Assembly (NCBI GenBank): GCA_020184695.1 | Contig: JAANOX010000140.1 | Coordinates: 1,441-65,440, forward strand | Source: Histomonas meleagridis 2922-C6/04-290x | Lineage: Eukaryota; Protista; Parabasalia | Direction: 5' to 3' | DNA: 64,000 nt | Shown here: one piece after another, positions 63,787-64,000 of the stretch | Position numbering within the stretch: position 1 is the stretch's first letter | Layout of the letters: every line of letters starts with the position of its first letter | Position numbers and translations under genes: made by a program | The notes under the pieces: generated by a model | What the model was told of the DNA's origin: nothing | The model's input: the letters and a program-made list of their open reading frames with translations, nothing else | The model's database searches: none

Positions 63787-63996
63787 ATGGAAAAAGAAAA
63801 GAAATACAAAACATCTCGGTGTCAAACTCCAACATATCTTTGCAGGGATGTATGCCCTCTTTGTAACCAAAGTTACTCTTCAGGGAAAAGTATGTTATCA
63901 TTTGGAAATTGTGACCACAAATTCTGTATTAGGTGTTACACAATCTTAAATAGCTTTCCTGAGAGGGAACACAAATGCCCAATTTGTAAGAGATAA
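63787..63996 (+). CDS. Small C3HC4 RING-finger protein (possibly the 3' part of a longer frameshifted gene)
   Basis: CPLC-x14-CDHKFCIRC-x13-CPIC followed by a stop codon. Confidence 0.75.
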   Translation: MEKEKKYKTSRCQTPTYLCRDVCPLCNQSYSSGKSMLSFGNCDHKFCIRCYTILNSFPEREHKCPICKR

Positions 63997-64000
63997 TATT

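Noticed and set aside
1-64000. tRNA, rRNA, spliceosomal snRNA and parabasalid-type introns
   Set aside because: By eye I found no cloverleaf/T-loop, rRNA signature, U-snRNA core motif or GT..ACTAAC..AG intron; a covariance-model search would be needed to exclude them fully.

Overview
AT-rich, gene-dense eukaryotic DNA with no introns that I could detect. It is most likely parabasalid (Trichomonas/Tritrichomonas/Histomonas-like); this is an inference from the gene content and from M3/Inr-like promoter motifs. The window is dominated by a giant inverted duplication: the left arm (1-~28030) is the reverse complement of the right arm (~35061-62559), around a unique ~7 kb spacer holding one intact 2212-aa PH-BEACH-WD40 gene. 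Each arm carries the same 11 genes. From outside in they are: an RCC1-like/repeat protein, an alpha/beta hydrolase with a 12-aa repeat tail, a TRAPPC6-like protein, Vps16, NDK7, a PIG-V-like GT-C glycosyltransferase, a 4-TM protein, an F-BAR-2xSH3 protein, an importin-beta-like protein, a Rab and a Furry/MOR2-like protein. A ~3 kb array of 102-bp repeats lies between Rab and Furry in each arm. Both arms contain many independent homopolymer frameshifts (probably uncorrected sequencing error), while the spacer ORF has none; in the comparisons I made, combining the two arms restored each reading frame. The arms also differ by mostly synonymous substitutions, structured repeat variants and reciprocal 120-310 bp deletions, which argues that they are two distinct sequences (a real palindrome, or two alleles joined head-to-head) rather than one molecule read twice. 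A fold-back or MDA chimera cannot be excluded from sequence alone. No rRNA, tRNA, CRISPR or supportable transposase was found.
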